A stretch of DNA of 64,000 nucleotides from an uncultured Gemmataceae bacterium (GTDB lineage Bacteria > Planctomycetota > Planctomycetia > Gemmatales > Gemmataceae): assembly GCA_963750165.1 (NCBI GenBank), contig CAVVPN010000012.1, positions 384,001-448,000 on the forward strand, written 5' to 3'. Numbering within the stretch: the first letter of the stretch is position 1; every line of letters starts with the position of its first letter. Under the pieces are notes generated by a model. The model did not search any database. It saw nothing but the letters and a program-made list of their open reading frames with translations, and had not been told where the DNA came from. The translations under genes were made by a program, and so were the position numbers. Positions 1-10,002 of the stretch are shown here, piece after piece.

Positions 1-1085
1 ACGATCTGGAGGTGCTCAAAAACAAGGCGGAGGAGATTCAGAAGGTGCTGCAACAGATCGACGGGGCCCGGGACGTGGGCTTCGAGCAGGTCACGGGCCA
101 GTCGGTGTTGCAGGTGAAGCTGGACCAGGACAAGCTCGCGCGCTACGGCGTGTCGCAGAAGACGGTGCTGGACCAGGTGCAGGCGCTGGGCGGCCTGCCG
201 GTGGGCGAGGTGCTGCAGGGCATGTATCGCTTTCCGATCGCGGTACGGCTGCCGGAGCAGCTGCGCCGCGATACCGAGGAGCTTAAGCAGTTGCTGGTGA
301 CGACGCCGGGCGGCGAGCAGATTCCGCTGGAGCGGCTGGCGGAGGTCAAGGTGGTGGAGGATCGGCCGAGCACGCTGGAGCGCGAGTGGGGCCAGCGCGT
401 CATCAACATCACGATGAACGTGCGCGGCCGCGACCAGGGCAGCTTCGTGGAGGAGGCCAAGCGCACGGTGGCCGAGAAGGTAGCGCTGCCGGCCAACGGC
501 CGCTATCACATCGAGTGGGGGGGCAAGTACGAGCACTTAATCAGCGCCCAGCAGCGGCTGTACCTGGTCATCCCGGTGGCGCTGTTGTTGATCTTCTTTC
601 TGCTGTACATGACCTACGGCAGCCTGGTGGACACGCTGCGAGTGTTCACAGGCATCCCGTTCGCGGCGGTGGGCGGCATCTTCGCGCTGTGGCTGCGCGA
701 CATGCCGTTCTCGATCTCGGCGGCGATCGGCTTCATCGCCATGTCGGGTGTGGCGGTGCTGGACGACATGATCCTGGTTTCGACGATCCGGCAGTACCGC
801 GACCAGGGTATGCCGCTGGAGGATGCGGTGACGCAGGCGTCGATCACACGATTGCGGCCGGTGCTGATGACGACGCTGGTGGCGAGTCTGGGCTTTCTGC
901 CGATGGCGTTCAGCACGGGCATGGGCTCGGAAGTGCAGCGGCCGCTGGCGACGGTCGTGATCGGCGGCGTCATCAGCGCGATGGTGATGTCGCTGCTGGT
1001 GGTGCGGGTGCTGTACGTCGTCTTTCAGGCGCCGGCGCGGCTGGAGAAAAAGCTTGAAGAGGAGTTGACGCAGCAGACGGGTTGA
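1..1085 (+). CDS. CzcA/CusA-family heavy-metal RND efflux transporter, C-terminal part (5' end outside window)
   Basis: Motifs NVRGRDQGSFV, SISAAIGFIAMSGVAVLD, RLRPVLMTTLVASLGFLPMA and GSEVQRPLATVVIGG are typical of HME-RND pumps. Confidence 0.93.
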   Translation, partial: DLEVLKNKAEEIQKVLQQIDGARDVGFEQVTGQSVLQVKLDQDKLARYGVSQKTVLDQVQALGGLPVGEVLQGMYRFPIAVRLPEQLRRDTEELKQLLVTTPGGEQIPLERLAEVKVVEDRPSTLEREWGQRVINITMNVRGRDQGSFVEEAKRTVAEKVALPANGRYHIEWGGKYEHLISAQQRLYLVIPVALLLIFFLLYMTYGSLVDTLRVFTGIPFAAVGGIFALWLRDMPFSISAAIGFIAMSGVAVLDDMILVSTIRQYRDQGMPLEDAVTQASITRLRPVLMTTLVASLGFLPMAFSTGMGSEVQRPLATVVIGGVISAMVMSLLVVRVLYVVFQAPARLEKKLEEELTQQTG

Positions 1086-1125
1086 CCGGCGCTCTGCTTT
1101 CTGCCGCAAGCGGCAGAAGGCAGGA

Positions 1126-2271
1126 TCAGTGCGACCGCGCCAGAAACGTCATCGCCTTGCCGTTCTGGCCGCCGAAGCTGACCAGGCGGTCGAAGTGGTA
1201 GTGCTGCACCACGCGCACGAACTGCTGCGCGTCTGCCAGATGGCCGCCGAAGGATTGCACCGGCGTGTCGCCGTCGAACACCACGCACTGGCCATTCTGC
1301 TGACGCACCAGCAGCGAATCGGGCCGGAAATTCAGCGGCAACTGACCGAAGCGGACGCCCACCGGCGGCTGACCGTTGATCAGGTAATAGTGAAACCCGT
1401 CCTCCGTCGTACCGATGGTCAACCGCTCGGTGAGTCCGTAATACTGCACGAGCTGCAGCGCCTGAGTGGCCCCCAACCGATCCGGACCGAAATTCGCCAG
1501 CACCTGGTTGCCGACGATCAACTTCCACTGGTGCTGGTCGTCCTGCCGCACCTCGACCCGTTGCGGGACAAAGCGGATGCGCCCCGCCGTGTTGGCCGCT
1601 GCCGTGCCGGGCGGCGCCGCCTGGGCCGCGATCGCCCGCTGAATCTCGAAACGGGCCTTCTCACTGGGGTGCGCCAAAAAGTAGGTCATCGACGGGAACG
1701 GCCGGCCGACGGTGCCCAGTTGACTGAAGCCGTAGTGGCGCATCACGTCCAGCGCCAGGTACGCCTGCTCGGCGTGCTCGCCGAAGGCGAACAGGATGCG
1801 CCGCTGATCGCCGCCCTGCCGATCTCGATCCCTGTCGGCCAGCACCCACTGCTTGGTCTGCGCGTCGTGCTCGACGTGCAGCGCGTTCAGGTCGAGCGGC
1901 CGCACGTTCAGGCCCTGCGCGGGCCCGAGCGGAGCGTGGCCGTCGGTGAGCCAGATTTCCATGACCGGCAGCGGCGTCCCGAGGAAGCCGACCTGGTTGA
2001 GGTTGAGCAGACGGATGACGTGCTGCGCTTCGTGGGCGTCGGCCTCGCGCGGACCGAAATCGCGCAGCTGGATGCTGTCGGCGGCCAGCACCCAGCGGCC
2101 ATCGACGCGGTGGACCTCGACGTGCTGCGGGTCGAAGCGGTAGAACGTGGGTGGCTGCACAGCGGGCGGCGGTTGCGGCGCCGCGATGGGCGGCGCGACC
2201 TTCGGCGTCTGGGCGAGCGCCGTGGCGGGGCTGCATAGCAGCGCCAGCAGCAGAGAGACGGATCGGCGCAT
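1126..2271 (-). CDS. Secreted hypothetical protein with four ~70-aa internal repeats
   Basis: Signal peptide MRRSVSLLLALLCSPATALAQ (ATG at 2271), Pro-rich linker, then four repeats of F-x-P-xx-V/L-x-V...W-x-L...FG...A-xx-A-xx-V-xx-Y-G-F/L. Confidence 0.8.
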   Translation of the reverse strand: MRRSVSLLLALLCSPATALAQTPKVAPPIAAPQPPPAVQPPTFYRFDPQHVEVHRVDGRWVLAADSIQLRDFGPREADAHEAQHVIRLLNLNQVGFLGTPLPVMEIWLTDGHAPLGPAQGLNVRPLDLNALHVEHDAQTKQWVLADRDRDRQGGDQRRILFAFGEHAEQAYLALDVMRHYGFSQLGTVGRPFPSMTYFLAHPSEKARFEIQRAIAAQAAPPGTAAANTAGRIRFVPQRVEVRQDDQHQWKLIVGNQVLANFGPDRLGATQALQLVQYYGLTERLTIGTTEDGFHYYLINGQPPVGVRFGQLPLNFRPDSLLVRQQNGQCVVFDGDTPVQSFGGHLADAQQFVRVVQHYHFDRLVSFGGQNGKAMTFLARSH

Positions 2272-2370
2272 GGCTTGGCACCTTGATGGACTGCGATATG
2301 GGATGGCGGGCTCTATCGCAGCATCGGGGCGGCGCGTCAAGGCGGGTTTTCAGCCCGGTTGCAGTCGCCC

Positions 2371-2400
2371 TTGACGCGCCGACCGCGGCCGCAGTAATCT
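2371..2400 (+). promoter_or_regulatory. Putative sigma-70 promoter for the methyltransferase
   Basis: TTGACG-N18-TAATCT, 54 nt upstream of the ATG at 2455. Confidence 0.45.
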
Positions 2401-2454
2401 TTTCCTCAATCCTGCAGAGGTAACCCGCCCCCGTCATACCCCAGGGAACCGGAC

Positions 2455-3354
2455 ATGGATGTCGCACGCCAGCAAGCGCGGATCGACGCGATTCGTTGGT
2501 ATCACGAATTCGACTTCGGCAACGGCCTGTGCGCCCGCTCCCAGAACCCTGCGGCGGAGGTGCATCGGACCATCTGGCGCTTCATCGAGCAACAACTCCA
2601 GGCCGTCGATTTTCGCGACCGCACCGTCCTGGACATTGGCTGCTGGGACGGTTACTGGAGTTTCTACGCGGAGCGCCGCGGGGCCCGGCATGTGCTCGCG
2701 GCGGATGACCTGACGCAGAACTGGTCAGACGGCAGCGGCCTGTTGCTGGCGCGGGAACTGCTCGGCTCGGCGGTGGAGGTCAACCAGCGCCTGCCCGTTT
2801 ACGCACTGGCGACGCTCGGGCGCCGCTTCGATCTCATCCTGTTTTTCGGGGTGTACTATCACCTGTTCGACCCGTTCCACGCGCTGGCGCAGATTCGCCA
2901 TTGCTGTCACCGCGACACCCTCGTGCTGATCGAGGGGAACGAGGCGCTCGGCCTGCTGCCGGGCGCCGCGGTGCATGATTTCCATAACTACACCAGCCGC
3001 TTCACGCCGACCCGGGAGGCGCTGCACCACCTGCTGCGCGCCGCCTACTTCTCGGTGGCGGATGCCACGCCGCTGGCCGCGGAGTCGCTCGGCCGCCTGG
3101 GCTGGCGCTGGCGCGTGCGGATGGCCCTGCAGGCGTTACGCGGCTCGCGCCGCGGCATGAGCGCCCTGCTGCCGCCGCTGTACGCCGCCCGCCGCGTTTT
3201 CTTGACGTGCGTCCCCTTTGAGGGGGTGAACGACGTGCATCGCAATAGCCCCCCCTTCGGATTGCACGTCTACGATAGCCGCTTTCACGGCCCCGACCGG
3301 ACAAAAAGTGAACCCGTTTACGTTTCGTGCGGGAGCAGCCCGCGCGAAACGTAA
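2455..3354 (+). CDS. Class I SAM-dependent methyltransferase (CmoB/DUF1698-like)
   Basis: N-terminal WYHEFDFG, VLDIGCWDGYWSF motif I, FDLILFFGVYYHL motif. Confidence 0.85.
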   Translation: MDVARQQARIDAIRWYHEFDFGNGLCARSQNPAAEVHRTIWRFIEQQLQAVDFRDRTVLDIGCWDGYWSFYAERRGARHVLAADDLTQNWSDGSGLLLARELLGSAVEVNQRLPVYALATLGRRFDLILFFGVYYHLFDPFHALAQIRHCCHRDTLVLIEGNEALGLLPGAAVHDFHNYTSRFTPTREALHHLLRAAYFSVADATPLAAESLGRLGWRWRVRMALQALRGSRRGMSALLPPLYAARRVFLTCVPFEGVNDVHRNSPPFGLHVYDSRFHGPDRTKSEPVYVSCGSSPRET

Positions 3355-3360
3355 ACGGGT
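3312..3360. repeat. REP-like hairpin (family B) between convergent genes, overlapping the methyltransferase stop; possible bidirectional terminator
   Basis: ACCCGTTTACGTTTCGTGCGGG...CCCGCGCGAAACGTAAACGGGT; a related right arm occurs at 40160-40197. Confidence 0.7.
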
Positions 3361-3386
3361 CAATGATGATCGAACCTCGGTCGGTG

Positions 3387-3635
3387 TTACGATTGGGCGA
3401 CGACGTTGATGCGGGTGCCTTCGCGGTCGAACGTGACAATGCCGTCGGCCAGCGCGAACAGCGTGAAATCGCGGCCGAGACCGACGTTGCGGCCGGGGTG
3501 GTAGCGCGTGCCGCGCTGCCGCACGATGATGCCGCCCGCCGGCACCGACTGGCCGCCGTACACCTTGATGCCCAGCCGTTTGCTGTTCGACTCGCGGCCG
3601 TTGCGACTCGAACCTTGACCTTTCTTGTGAGCCAT
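3387..3635 (-). CDS. rpmA: 50S ribosomal protein L27
   Basis: [24 protein letters not shown]...[10 protein letters not shown]...GRDFTLFAL, 82 aa. Confidence 0.98.
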   Translation of the reverse strand: MAHKKGQGSSRNGRESNSKRLGIKVYGGQSVPAGGIIVRQRGTRYHPGRNVGLGRDFTLFALADGIVTFDREGTRINVVAQS

Positions 3636-3652
3636 GTCCCTGTCACCCTTCC

Positions 3653-4534
3653 TTACTTCACCTGGAGCACTTTCCCGGGATTCAACGCCCCCAGCTTGTC
3701 CTTGGCCTTTTCCTTGCCCGCGTCGGCGCCCGGCTGGTCGGGGATGCGCAGCAGGGCCGAACGATAAATCCACTCCGACGGCGGCACGAAACTGATCTCA
3801 CGCGAGTCCAGCGAATAACGGTCGCCGACGCGCTTGAAGTTCAATTGCAGCGTCTTGCGGCGAATGATCGGCGCCTCGCCTTTGCCCTTGGCCGGATCAA
3901 CCAGCACCCAGCCGTTCGACAGGCCGCTCACGAACACTGAGAAGCGGTTCGAGTCGCTGAGGTCCTTGGTGCCGGCGGGGCGGTTGTCCTTCCACGGCTG
4001 ATTGGGATCCAGGGCGGGGGTGCCATCCCAGATGGCCACGCCGGTCACCGCGGTCGGGAACGCCTCGCCGGGCGGCCCCGACACGGGAATCGGCCTGGCG
4101 GCGATGGTCACCGAGTTCTTGATGTCCTGGTAGCCGGTCGGATCCTCCAGCCGCTTGATGGCGTCCTCGACCGACGGCAACACCTCATCTTTATAGACGC
4201 CAGGGTGGTCGATCGTCACCAGTTCAAAGTCGGGGATGAACGTCCGCGGTTCCTTGGTTCGGTTGATGACCTGATACCACATGTACCAGCAGATCCGCGT
4301 GCCGCGGCCGGGGATGTTCACCTTGATGAGGCGCGGGTCCTTGAAGCGGAAGTCCAGCGACCAGACATCGAGCTTGGGATCGTCCAGCTCGCTGCGATCG
4401 GACTTGATCTCGCGTTCGTTGTAAGTCGATTGCTGGCCGAGCGCCCACGTCAGGTGCAGGCCCAGCACCAGGCCGAGGCTCGCCAGGATGACCAGGCGTA
4501 ACCGATTGCGTCGTCCACGGGAGCCGGCGTTCAT
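3653..4534 (-). CDS. Conserved exported hypothetical protein, co-oriented directly upstream of rpmA
   Basis: Signal peptide, strong codon bias, motifs [26 protein letters not shown] and RRKTLQLNF. Confidence 0.8.
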   Translation of the reverse strand: MNAGSRGRRNRLRLVILASLGLVLGLHLTWALGQQSTYNEREIKSDRSELDDPKLDVWSLDFRFKDPRLIKVNIPGRGTRICWYMWYQVINRTKEPRTFIPDFELVTIDHPGVYKDEVLPSVEDAIKRLEDPTGYQDIKNSVTIAARPIPVSGPPGEAFPTAVTGVAIWDGTPALDPNQPWKDNRPAGTKDLSDSNRFSVFVSGLSNGWVLVDPAKGKGEAPIIRRKTLQLNFKRVGDRYSLDSREISFVPPSEWIYRSALLRIPDQPGADAGKEKAKDKLGALNPGKVLQVK

Positions 4535-4611
4535 CCCTCTCCTCCTGTTGGGCGCGGCGCGGGTTCCGGTTTGCGCAGCCCACCCTCTGCCGGCAATGTG
4601 CCGGTAGGCTC

Positions 4612-4640
4612 ACTATAAGCGGTAGGGCAAGAGGGGTCAA
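4612..4640 (-). promoter_or_regulatory. Putative sigma-70 promoter for the hypothetical-rpmA unit
   Basis: Minus strand TTGACC-N17-TATAGT. Confidence 0.65.
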
Positions 4641-4669
4641 GGCGAGGACACAGCCGGGTGGAGCGGCGC

Positions 4670-6023
4670 TCACCCCCACGGGATGGGCGTCCCCGAATTC
4701 ACCGGGAACGCCTGCCCCGTTTCGTCGCGCAGCACCGCCGCCGGGTTGACGCCCAGCGCCTGTAACACGCTGGCCCCCAGGTCCGCCGGCGTGTACGACG
4801 GCGCCGCCGGGAACGCGCCGAGGCGGTCGCTGGCCCCGAGCACCCGGCCGCGGCCGACCCCCGCGCCGAACGCCAGGATGCTGAACACACTCGCCCAGTG
4901 GTCGCGGCCGTCCGGCGCCGCGCCGCAGCCGTCCGGCACCGCCTGGCCGATCCGCGGTGCCCGGCCGAACTCCGTCGCCACCACCACCAGCACCTCGTCA
5001 CGCAGACCGCGCTGCGTCAGGTCCTCCGCCAGTGCCGCCAACGCCCGGTCCAGCATCGGCAGCAACCGCGACCGCAGCCCATTGAAGTTATCGCTGTGCG
5101 TGTCCCACGCCTCCGGCGTGCCCATGTTCACCTGCACCAGCGGTACGCCCGCTTCCACCAGACGGCGGCCCAGCAGCAAGCCCTGCCCCATCAGGTTCCG
5201 GCCGTAGTGGTCGCGCAACCGCGGCTCCTCGCGCCACAGGTCGAAAGCGTCGCGGCAGCGGTTCGCTGTCAAAATGTCGATGGCCTGGCGGCGGTGGGCG
5301 TCGAGCGCGCGGCACCGGGCCGCGGTCCTGGCGGTCCAGCGCCGCCAGCAGCGCCGCCCGGTCGTGCAGCCGGCCGACGCTCAGGTTCGCTGGCAGGGTC
5401 AGGTCCGCCGGCCGGTAGTTGGCGGCGCTGGGATCGCCGGTCACGAACCACGGATCGTACTGCCCTCCCAGGAAGCCGCCGTTCTGGCCGGGGTAGCTGC
5501 GCAGCCGGTGCGGCAGCACCACGGTCGTCGGCACACCCGTTCGATCCGGCCGCGCCCGCGCCAGCAGCGCACCGAGGTGCGGCCGGTCGCGGCGCGACGC
5601 GGTGTTGCCGGTGCCCGGCGGCGTCTGGTCCACGCCGGCCAGCAGACGGTGGGCGGCCGGTTCGTGTACCGGCGTCAGCGTCCGCATCGAGCGGACCAGC
5701 GCCCATTCACCCAGGCACCGGGCCAACCGCGGCAGCGGCTCGGTCAAGCGCACCCCCGGCACGGCGGTCGCGATGGTGTTGAAGGTGCCGCGGATTTCCT
5801 TGGGGGCGTTCGGCTTGGGGTCCAGCGAATCAATGTGGCTCAGGCCACCGGTCAGGTTCGCCAGGATCACCCCGCGAACCGGCCGCCGGACTTGCGACAG
5901 CGCTGCGGGCGTCTGCGCACGGGCGCGCAGCACGTCCGCCAGGGTCAGGTGCAGGCAGGCCAGCGTGCCGGCCTGCAGCAACGTGCGCCGCGAGGGGAGA
6001 GGGGACACGGGCTCACTCCGCAA
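4670..6023 (-). CDS. DUF1501 domain protein (Tat-like N-terminus), split by an apparent frameshift near 5305
   Basis: SRRTLLQAG, GGLSHIDSLDPKP in ORF 5088..6023; YGRN...RRLVEAGV, WDTH, TEFGRAPRI and GRDHW in ORF 4670..5272; the junction reads ...ALDAHRRQAIDIL. Confidence 0.88.
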
Positions 6024-6062
6024 ACGGGTTTCGGTTCGGACGGGACAGCGGTTGTGGTTCGG

Positions 6063-7061
6063 TCAAATATCGTCCTTCTTCTTGCCCTTGTCGAAGTACG
6101 CCTCATTGATCTCCGACAGCGGGAACAGGTAATAGCCGGCCGCCGACCGGGCGACCAGCCCTTCCAGGCCCGCCGCCTTGCCGCCCACGTCGGCGGGCCG
6201 CTTGATGATTTCCAGTGCCTGCGACGCGCCGCTCTTGAGGGTAACGTCCCAGTTGTCGCCCCTGGCGCCCAGCTGGCTCAACCGCGCCACCTTGGCCACG
6301 TCCAGCTTGACCGTCTTCTGGAAGAACAGCATTGGCGACGTGCGCAGCAGGCCGTCCGTCTGCTTGTAGAGCGGCAGTAAATCCTTCACCTTGTACAGGG
6401 TGACCTTGTCCTTCTCGGACTGATACACCTCCGCGTTGCGGCCCTTGGGCGCCGCCGCCGCCTTCGCCGCGGGGAACCGCACGCTCTTGATACCGCGGTT
6501 CACGCCGCCCTCGAACTTGATCTGGCCGACGCCGAACTCGCCCAGGTCCGTCTCGGCCTCGATCGTCAGCACGTTCACGCCGACGTAGCCAGTTTTGCCC
6601 ACCAGTTCCTCTTCGCCGCTCTCCTTCGCCACGCGCACCGTCGCGGTCTTCTCTTCGTGGTCGAACTCGATGCTGCGGATGTTCTCCAGCGGCACGTAGA
6701 CCATGATACGGTTACCGCGCTTGTAGACCGGGCCGAGGCCGGGGCTGAACTCGAACGCCTCCGGGCCGACCGCGGGCGCCTTCGGGCCACCCTTGCCCTT
6801 CTTGCCGGGAGTGCCCTGCTTTTCCGCGAGCTGCTTGGCCTCCGCGGGCGTCGCCAGCCAGGACAGGTGCAGCGTGCCGGTGGTGAACTTCCAGTTCTTG
6901 ACCTTGTGCTCCTTGCCGTTGAAGTCCGTGATGACGATCTCGGCGCCGCCCTGGGCCGGCTTCTTGTCCTTCTTGTCGCCAGCCGTCAGTGGGCGGACGG
7001 CACTCAACGCAACCAGGCCGACGCCGCTCAGCACGAGCAGCAGCAGTTTGCAGGAACGCAT
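6063..7061 (-). CDS. Secreted hypothetical protein
   Basis: Signal peptide, Lys-rich 332-aa ORF with strong GC3 codon bias. Confidence 0.8.
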   Translation of the reverse strand: MRSCKLLLLVLSGVGLVALSAVRPLTAGDKKDKKPAQGGAEIVITDFNGKEHKVKNWKFTTGTLHLSWLATPAEAKQLAEKQGTPGKKGKGGPKAPAVGPEAFEFSPGLGPVYKRGNRIMVYVPLENIRSIEFDHEEKTATVRVAKESGEEELVGKTGYVGVNVLTIEAETDLGEFGVGQIKFEGGVNRGIKSVRFPAAKAAAAPKGRNAEVYQSEKDKVTLYKVKDLLPLYKQTDGLLRTSPMLFFQKTVKLDVAKVARLSQLGARGDNWDVTLKSGASQALEIIKRPADVGGKAAGLEGLVARSAAGYYLFPLSEINEAYFDKGKKKDDI

Positions 7062-7169
7062 GGCGGTTTTCCCCCGGAGTGATGTCGATGCTGGGCATGG
7101 TCCATCGTGCCCGGCCGCGCGGGGAAGATCAAGGGAAAAGCGGATTCTTGTGGTGTGCCTCTGGAATTT

Positions 7170-7254
7170 GGCGAGCGGCGCGGCGTCAGCCCGCCGGTAC
7201 TGCGCAGTTCTCGATGCTTCGCAGTACCGGCGGGCTGACGCCGCGCCGCTCGCC
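7170..7254. repeat. REP/MITE-like hairpin (family C)
   Basis: GGCGAGCGGCGCGGCGTCAGCCCGCCGGTACTGCG...CGCAGTACCGGCGGGCTGACGCCGCGCCGCTCGCC; other copies at 44870-44937 and (short) 21943-21973. Confidence 0.85.
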
Positions 7255-7275
7255 GAAATGGAGTGGCGCTCCGCG

Positions 7276-8085
7276 TCAGGTCAGCTCCAGTGGCGAGCGC
7301 ACGCGATTCATGGTCATCAGAATGCAAACGCGCGTGGCAGCGATGAAGCCGAGGTAGCCAAGCCCCAGCGCCACCCAGCCGCCAAGGAGGATCATCGACA
7401 TCTTGCCGGTCACATGGCTGGGCATGGGGTTGTAGATGAGGTAGCCAGTGTAGCCTACCAGGCACAGGTCCGCCACCAGGAACAGCGCCAACAATGTGGA
7501 CAGTATCCGGGCGTGCATGCAGGCGGCGACCGAGCGCAGGAACAGCAGGAAAAGCCACGGGTAGAACTGGCTAATGATGAACGCGACCACCCGCAGGTTC
7601 TGGCCCCTCTGGTTGAAGCGCATCTCCGTGAACGTGCGGGCGCCGTGGTCGAGGTTGATACCGCGCTCCGCCCCAACAACGCCGGCGACGAAGTTCAGCG
7701 CCGGGCCCATGAACATGCACGTGATGCAGAAGAACATCAGCCAGCGCGCCCCCTTGCGCTCCGCCGCGCCCATCATGCAGCGGAAATGGCCGCTGGCCAG
7801 CATCATGTAGGAGAACACGCAGCCGAGCACCAGGATCGCCAGGCCGGTGTAGCACTCCCACAGCGACGAACTGTTGGCCGGCCGCATCCGCATCATGCCA
7901 TTGGCGTCGGGCAGGCCGTAGAGCGACACCGCGACCATGCCCAGGCCGATTACGATGGCCAGGAAGCAGACCAGGTAGCCCCACAGGATCCGCGCCAGAC
8001 CGGCCGCGACCTCGGTCCAGCCGATCTCCATGCGGAGTTCCTCGTTCATCTCGGGCGTCAGCTCACTCAGCACCTGGCTACTCAT
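7276..8085 (-). CDS. Integral membrane hypothetical protein (about 6 TM)
   Basis: Multiple hydrophobic segments; WTEVAAGL motif resembles WQSVKLGL in 32092..33345. Confidence 0.78.
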   Translation of the reverse strand: MSSQVLSELTPEMNEELRMEIGWTEVAAGLARILWGYLVCFLAIVIGLGMVAVSLYGLPDANGMMRMRPANSSSLWECYTGLAILVLGCVFSYMMLASGHFRCMMGAAERKGARWLMFFCITCMFMGPALNFVAGVVGAERGINLDHGARTFTEMRFNQRGQNLRVVAFIISQFYPWLFLLFLRSVAACMHARILSTLLALFLVADLCLVGYTGYLIYNPMPSHVTGKMSMILLGGWVALGLGYLGFIAATRVCILMTMNRVRSPLELT

Positions 8086-8183
8086 GGCGCAGTCTCCCCG
8101 AATCGGGCACGGAAGGGCGGCTGTCCAACCTATAGCTCACGAGCGCCCTGACGCAAACCGCCCACGGCCGTTACAATCAGGCC

Positions 8184-9419
8184 ATGAAGATTCTGTGCCT
8201 CAACATCACCGGGCTGCACCTGGGCTTCCTCGGCTGCCACGGCAACGAGTGGGTGGCGACGCCGCACCTGGACCGCCTGGCGGCCGAGGGCGTCGTCTTC
8301 GACAGCCACATCGCCGACACGCCCGGCGGCCCGCCCGGCGCCTGGACCGGCCGCCACCGCTTCCCGCCGGGCCGCGACCCGGAGCCCGCGCTGCTGCCGG
8401 ACCTGCTGCAGGCGCTGGACGTGCCCGCCGCCTTCGTCGGACCACAGCCGGCCACCGCGGACGCCACCGCCCTGGAGGCGACCCTTGACGCCGTGGTGAC
8501 GACACTGGACCAGCTGGAGGGCCGCCACCGCTGGTTGCTCTGGGCGGACCTGCCGCCGCTGCTGCCGCCGTGGCAGACGCCCGCCGATTTCCAGAACCGC
8601 TATCTGCAACCGGCCGCACCCGCCGACGACGAGGAGGCCGCGGACGACGAGGAAGAGGAAGCAGGGCCGGAAACAGACGATGAACCGCTGCTGCCACTGC
8701 CGGACCCGCCGGTCGGGCCGGTGGACGTGGACGATTTTGTGCTGGTCGAGCGCATCCGCTGCAGTTATGCGGCGGAGGTGACGTACCTGGACGCTGGGCT
8801 GGGACTGCTGCTGGAGGAACTGCGGCAACGGCGGTTGCTCGATCAGTTGCTGCTGGTGGTCGGCGGCGCGCGCGGCCTGGCGCTTGGCGAGCACGGCATC
8901 GTCGGCGACTGGCGGCCGTGGCTGCACGATGAGTTCGTCCACGTGCCGCTGCTGCTGCGGCTGCCGGCGGCCGCCGAGGCGGGGCGGCGCGTGGCGGCAC
9001 TGACGCAGCCGGTCGATCTGCTGCCGACGCTGCTGCGGGCGCTGGGGGCGGAGGTGCCGCCGGAGTCGCACGGCCACGACCTGTTGCCGCTGGCGCGTGG
9101 CGAGGCGGAGACGATACGCCCCTACGCCTGCTCCGGCTGGGCGCTGGCCGGCGCCGAGGAGTGGGCGCTGCGCACGCCGGAGTGGGTGCTGCTGCTGCCG
9201 GTGCAGAGCGTGCCCGGCGACGCGCCACGCGGCCGGCAGCTGTACATCAAGCCGGAGGACCGCTGGGAGGTCAACGACGTGGCGCAGCACCACCTGGAGT
9301 TGACGGACCACCTGGAGGAGACGCTGCGGGCGTTCGTGGACGCGGCACAGCAGCCGGGGCCGCTGCGGGTGCCGGTGCTGCGCGACGCGGAGGAGTTGTT
9401 GCGTGAGATACCGGATTAG
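8184..9419 (+). CDS. Sulfatase/alkaline-phosphatase superfamily protein, degenerate active site
   Basis: LGCHGNEWVATPHLDRLAAEGVVF, YAAEVTYLDAGLG, LGEHG, VHVPLLLR, VDLLPTL and LYIKPEDRWEVNDVA; no C/S-x-P-x-R motif. Confidence 0.8.
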   Translation: MKILCLNITGLHLGFLGCHGNEWVATPHLDRLAAEGVVFDSHIADTPGGPPGAWTGRHRFPPGRDPEPALLPDLLQALDVPAAFVGPQPATADATALEATLDAVVTTLDQLEGRHRWLLWADLPPLLPPWQTPADFQNRYLQPAAPADDEEAADDEEEEAGPETDDEPLLPLPDPPVGPVDVDDFVLVERIRCSYAAEVTYLDAGLGLLLEELRQRRLLDQLLLVVGGARGLALGEHGIVGDWRPWLHDEFVHVPLLLRLPAAAEAGRRVAALTQPVDLLPTLLRALGAEVPPESHGHDLLPLARGEAETIRPYACSGWALAGAEEWALRTPEWVLLLPVQSVPGDAPRGRQLYIKPEDRWEVNDVAQHHLELTDHLEETLRAFVDAAQQPGPLRVPVLRDAEELLREIPD

Positions 9420-9541
9420 AGCGGTTCGCGTTTGGGTAGCGCACAAGTCGTGGGACGGCTCTCCAGAGCCGTCAGCGTTCTCCCGACGGCTCTGGAGAGC
9501 CGTCCCACGACTTGTAGTCCACGCGACTAGGAACCGCTCTA
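9417..9541. mobile_element. MITE-like palindromic element (family A) with 11-bp terminal inverted repeats and an internal REP doublet
   Basis: TAGAGCGGTTC...GAACCGCTCTA ends; inner GTGGGACGGCTCTCCAGAGCCGTC / GACGGCTCTGGAGAGCCGTCCCAC; near-identical copy at 40039-40160. Confidence 0.85.
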
Positions 9542-9555
9542 GTGCGGCGAACGCC

Positions 9556-9841
9556 TCAGCCTTGCTGGCCGGGCACGTCCTGCAGCGCATCGCGCAGCCG
9601 CACCCCGGGCTTGAACCTGGCGCAGCGACGCCGGGATGGTCAGCTTTTCGCCGGTGCGCGGGTTGCGTCCCGTGCGGGCCTTGCGCTTCGCGACCTCGAA
9701 GGCGCCGAAGTCCGCGAGCCGCACCTTGCCGTCCTTGACCAACCGCTCGGTGATTTCATCGAGCACGAGGTCCAGAAACGCTCGGGCCTCCGTCTGTGAG
9801 AGCCCGGCCTTGGCCGCCAGCGCTGCCACGATCTCGCGCAT
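9556..9841 (-). CDS. HU/IHF-family DNA-binding protein, apparent frameshift near 9630
   Basis: REIVAALAAKAGLSQTEA...VRLADFGAFEVAKRKARTGRNPRTGE; the C-terminal RFKPG..LRDAL continues in another frame to TGA at 9556-9558; AGGAGG RBS. Confidence 0.9.
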
Positions 9842-9915
9842 GGTCCGCCTCCTGGTGAATGGAGCGAGCCTGCATCGTGTGACGTGCCGTGGCCGCTGTC
9901 AACGAAAAACCGGCC

Positions 9916-9952
9916 CCGATCCGTGGTGCGGGCCGCCCGCACCACGGATCGG
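9916..9952. repeat. GC-rich hairpin between HU and dnaG
   Basis: CCGATCCGTGGTGCGGG-ccg-CCCGCACCACGGATCGG, perfect 17-bp arms. Confidence 0.7.
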
Positions 9953-9973
9953 CACCGGGGCCGATTGCCTAAC

Positions 9974-10002
9974 TTGACTCAACTGAAAGGTGTGGCTATA
10001 AT
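9974..10002 (+). promoter_or_regulatory. Near-consensus sigma-70 promoter upstream of dnaG-rpoD
   Basis: TTGACT-N17-TATAAT. Confidence 0.8.
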
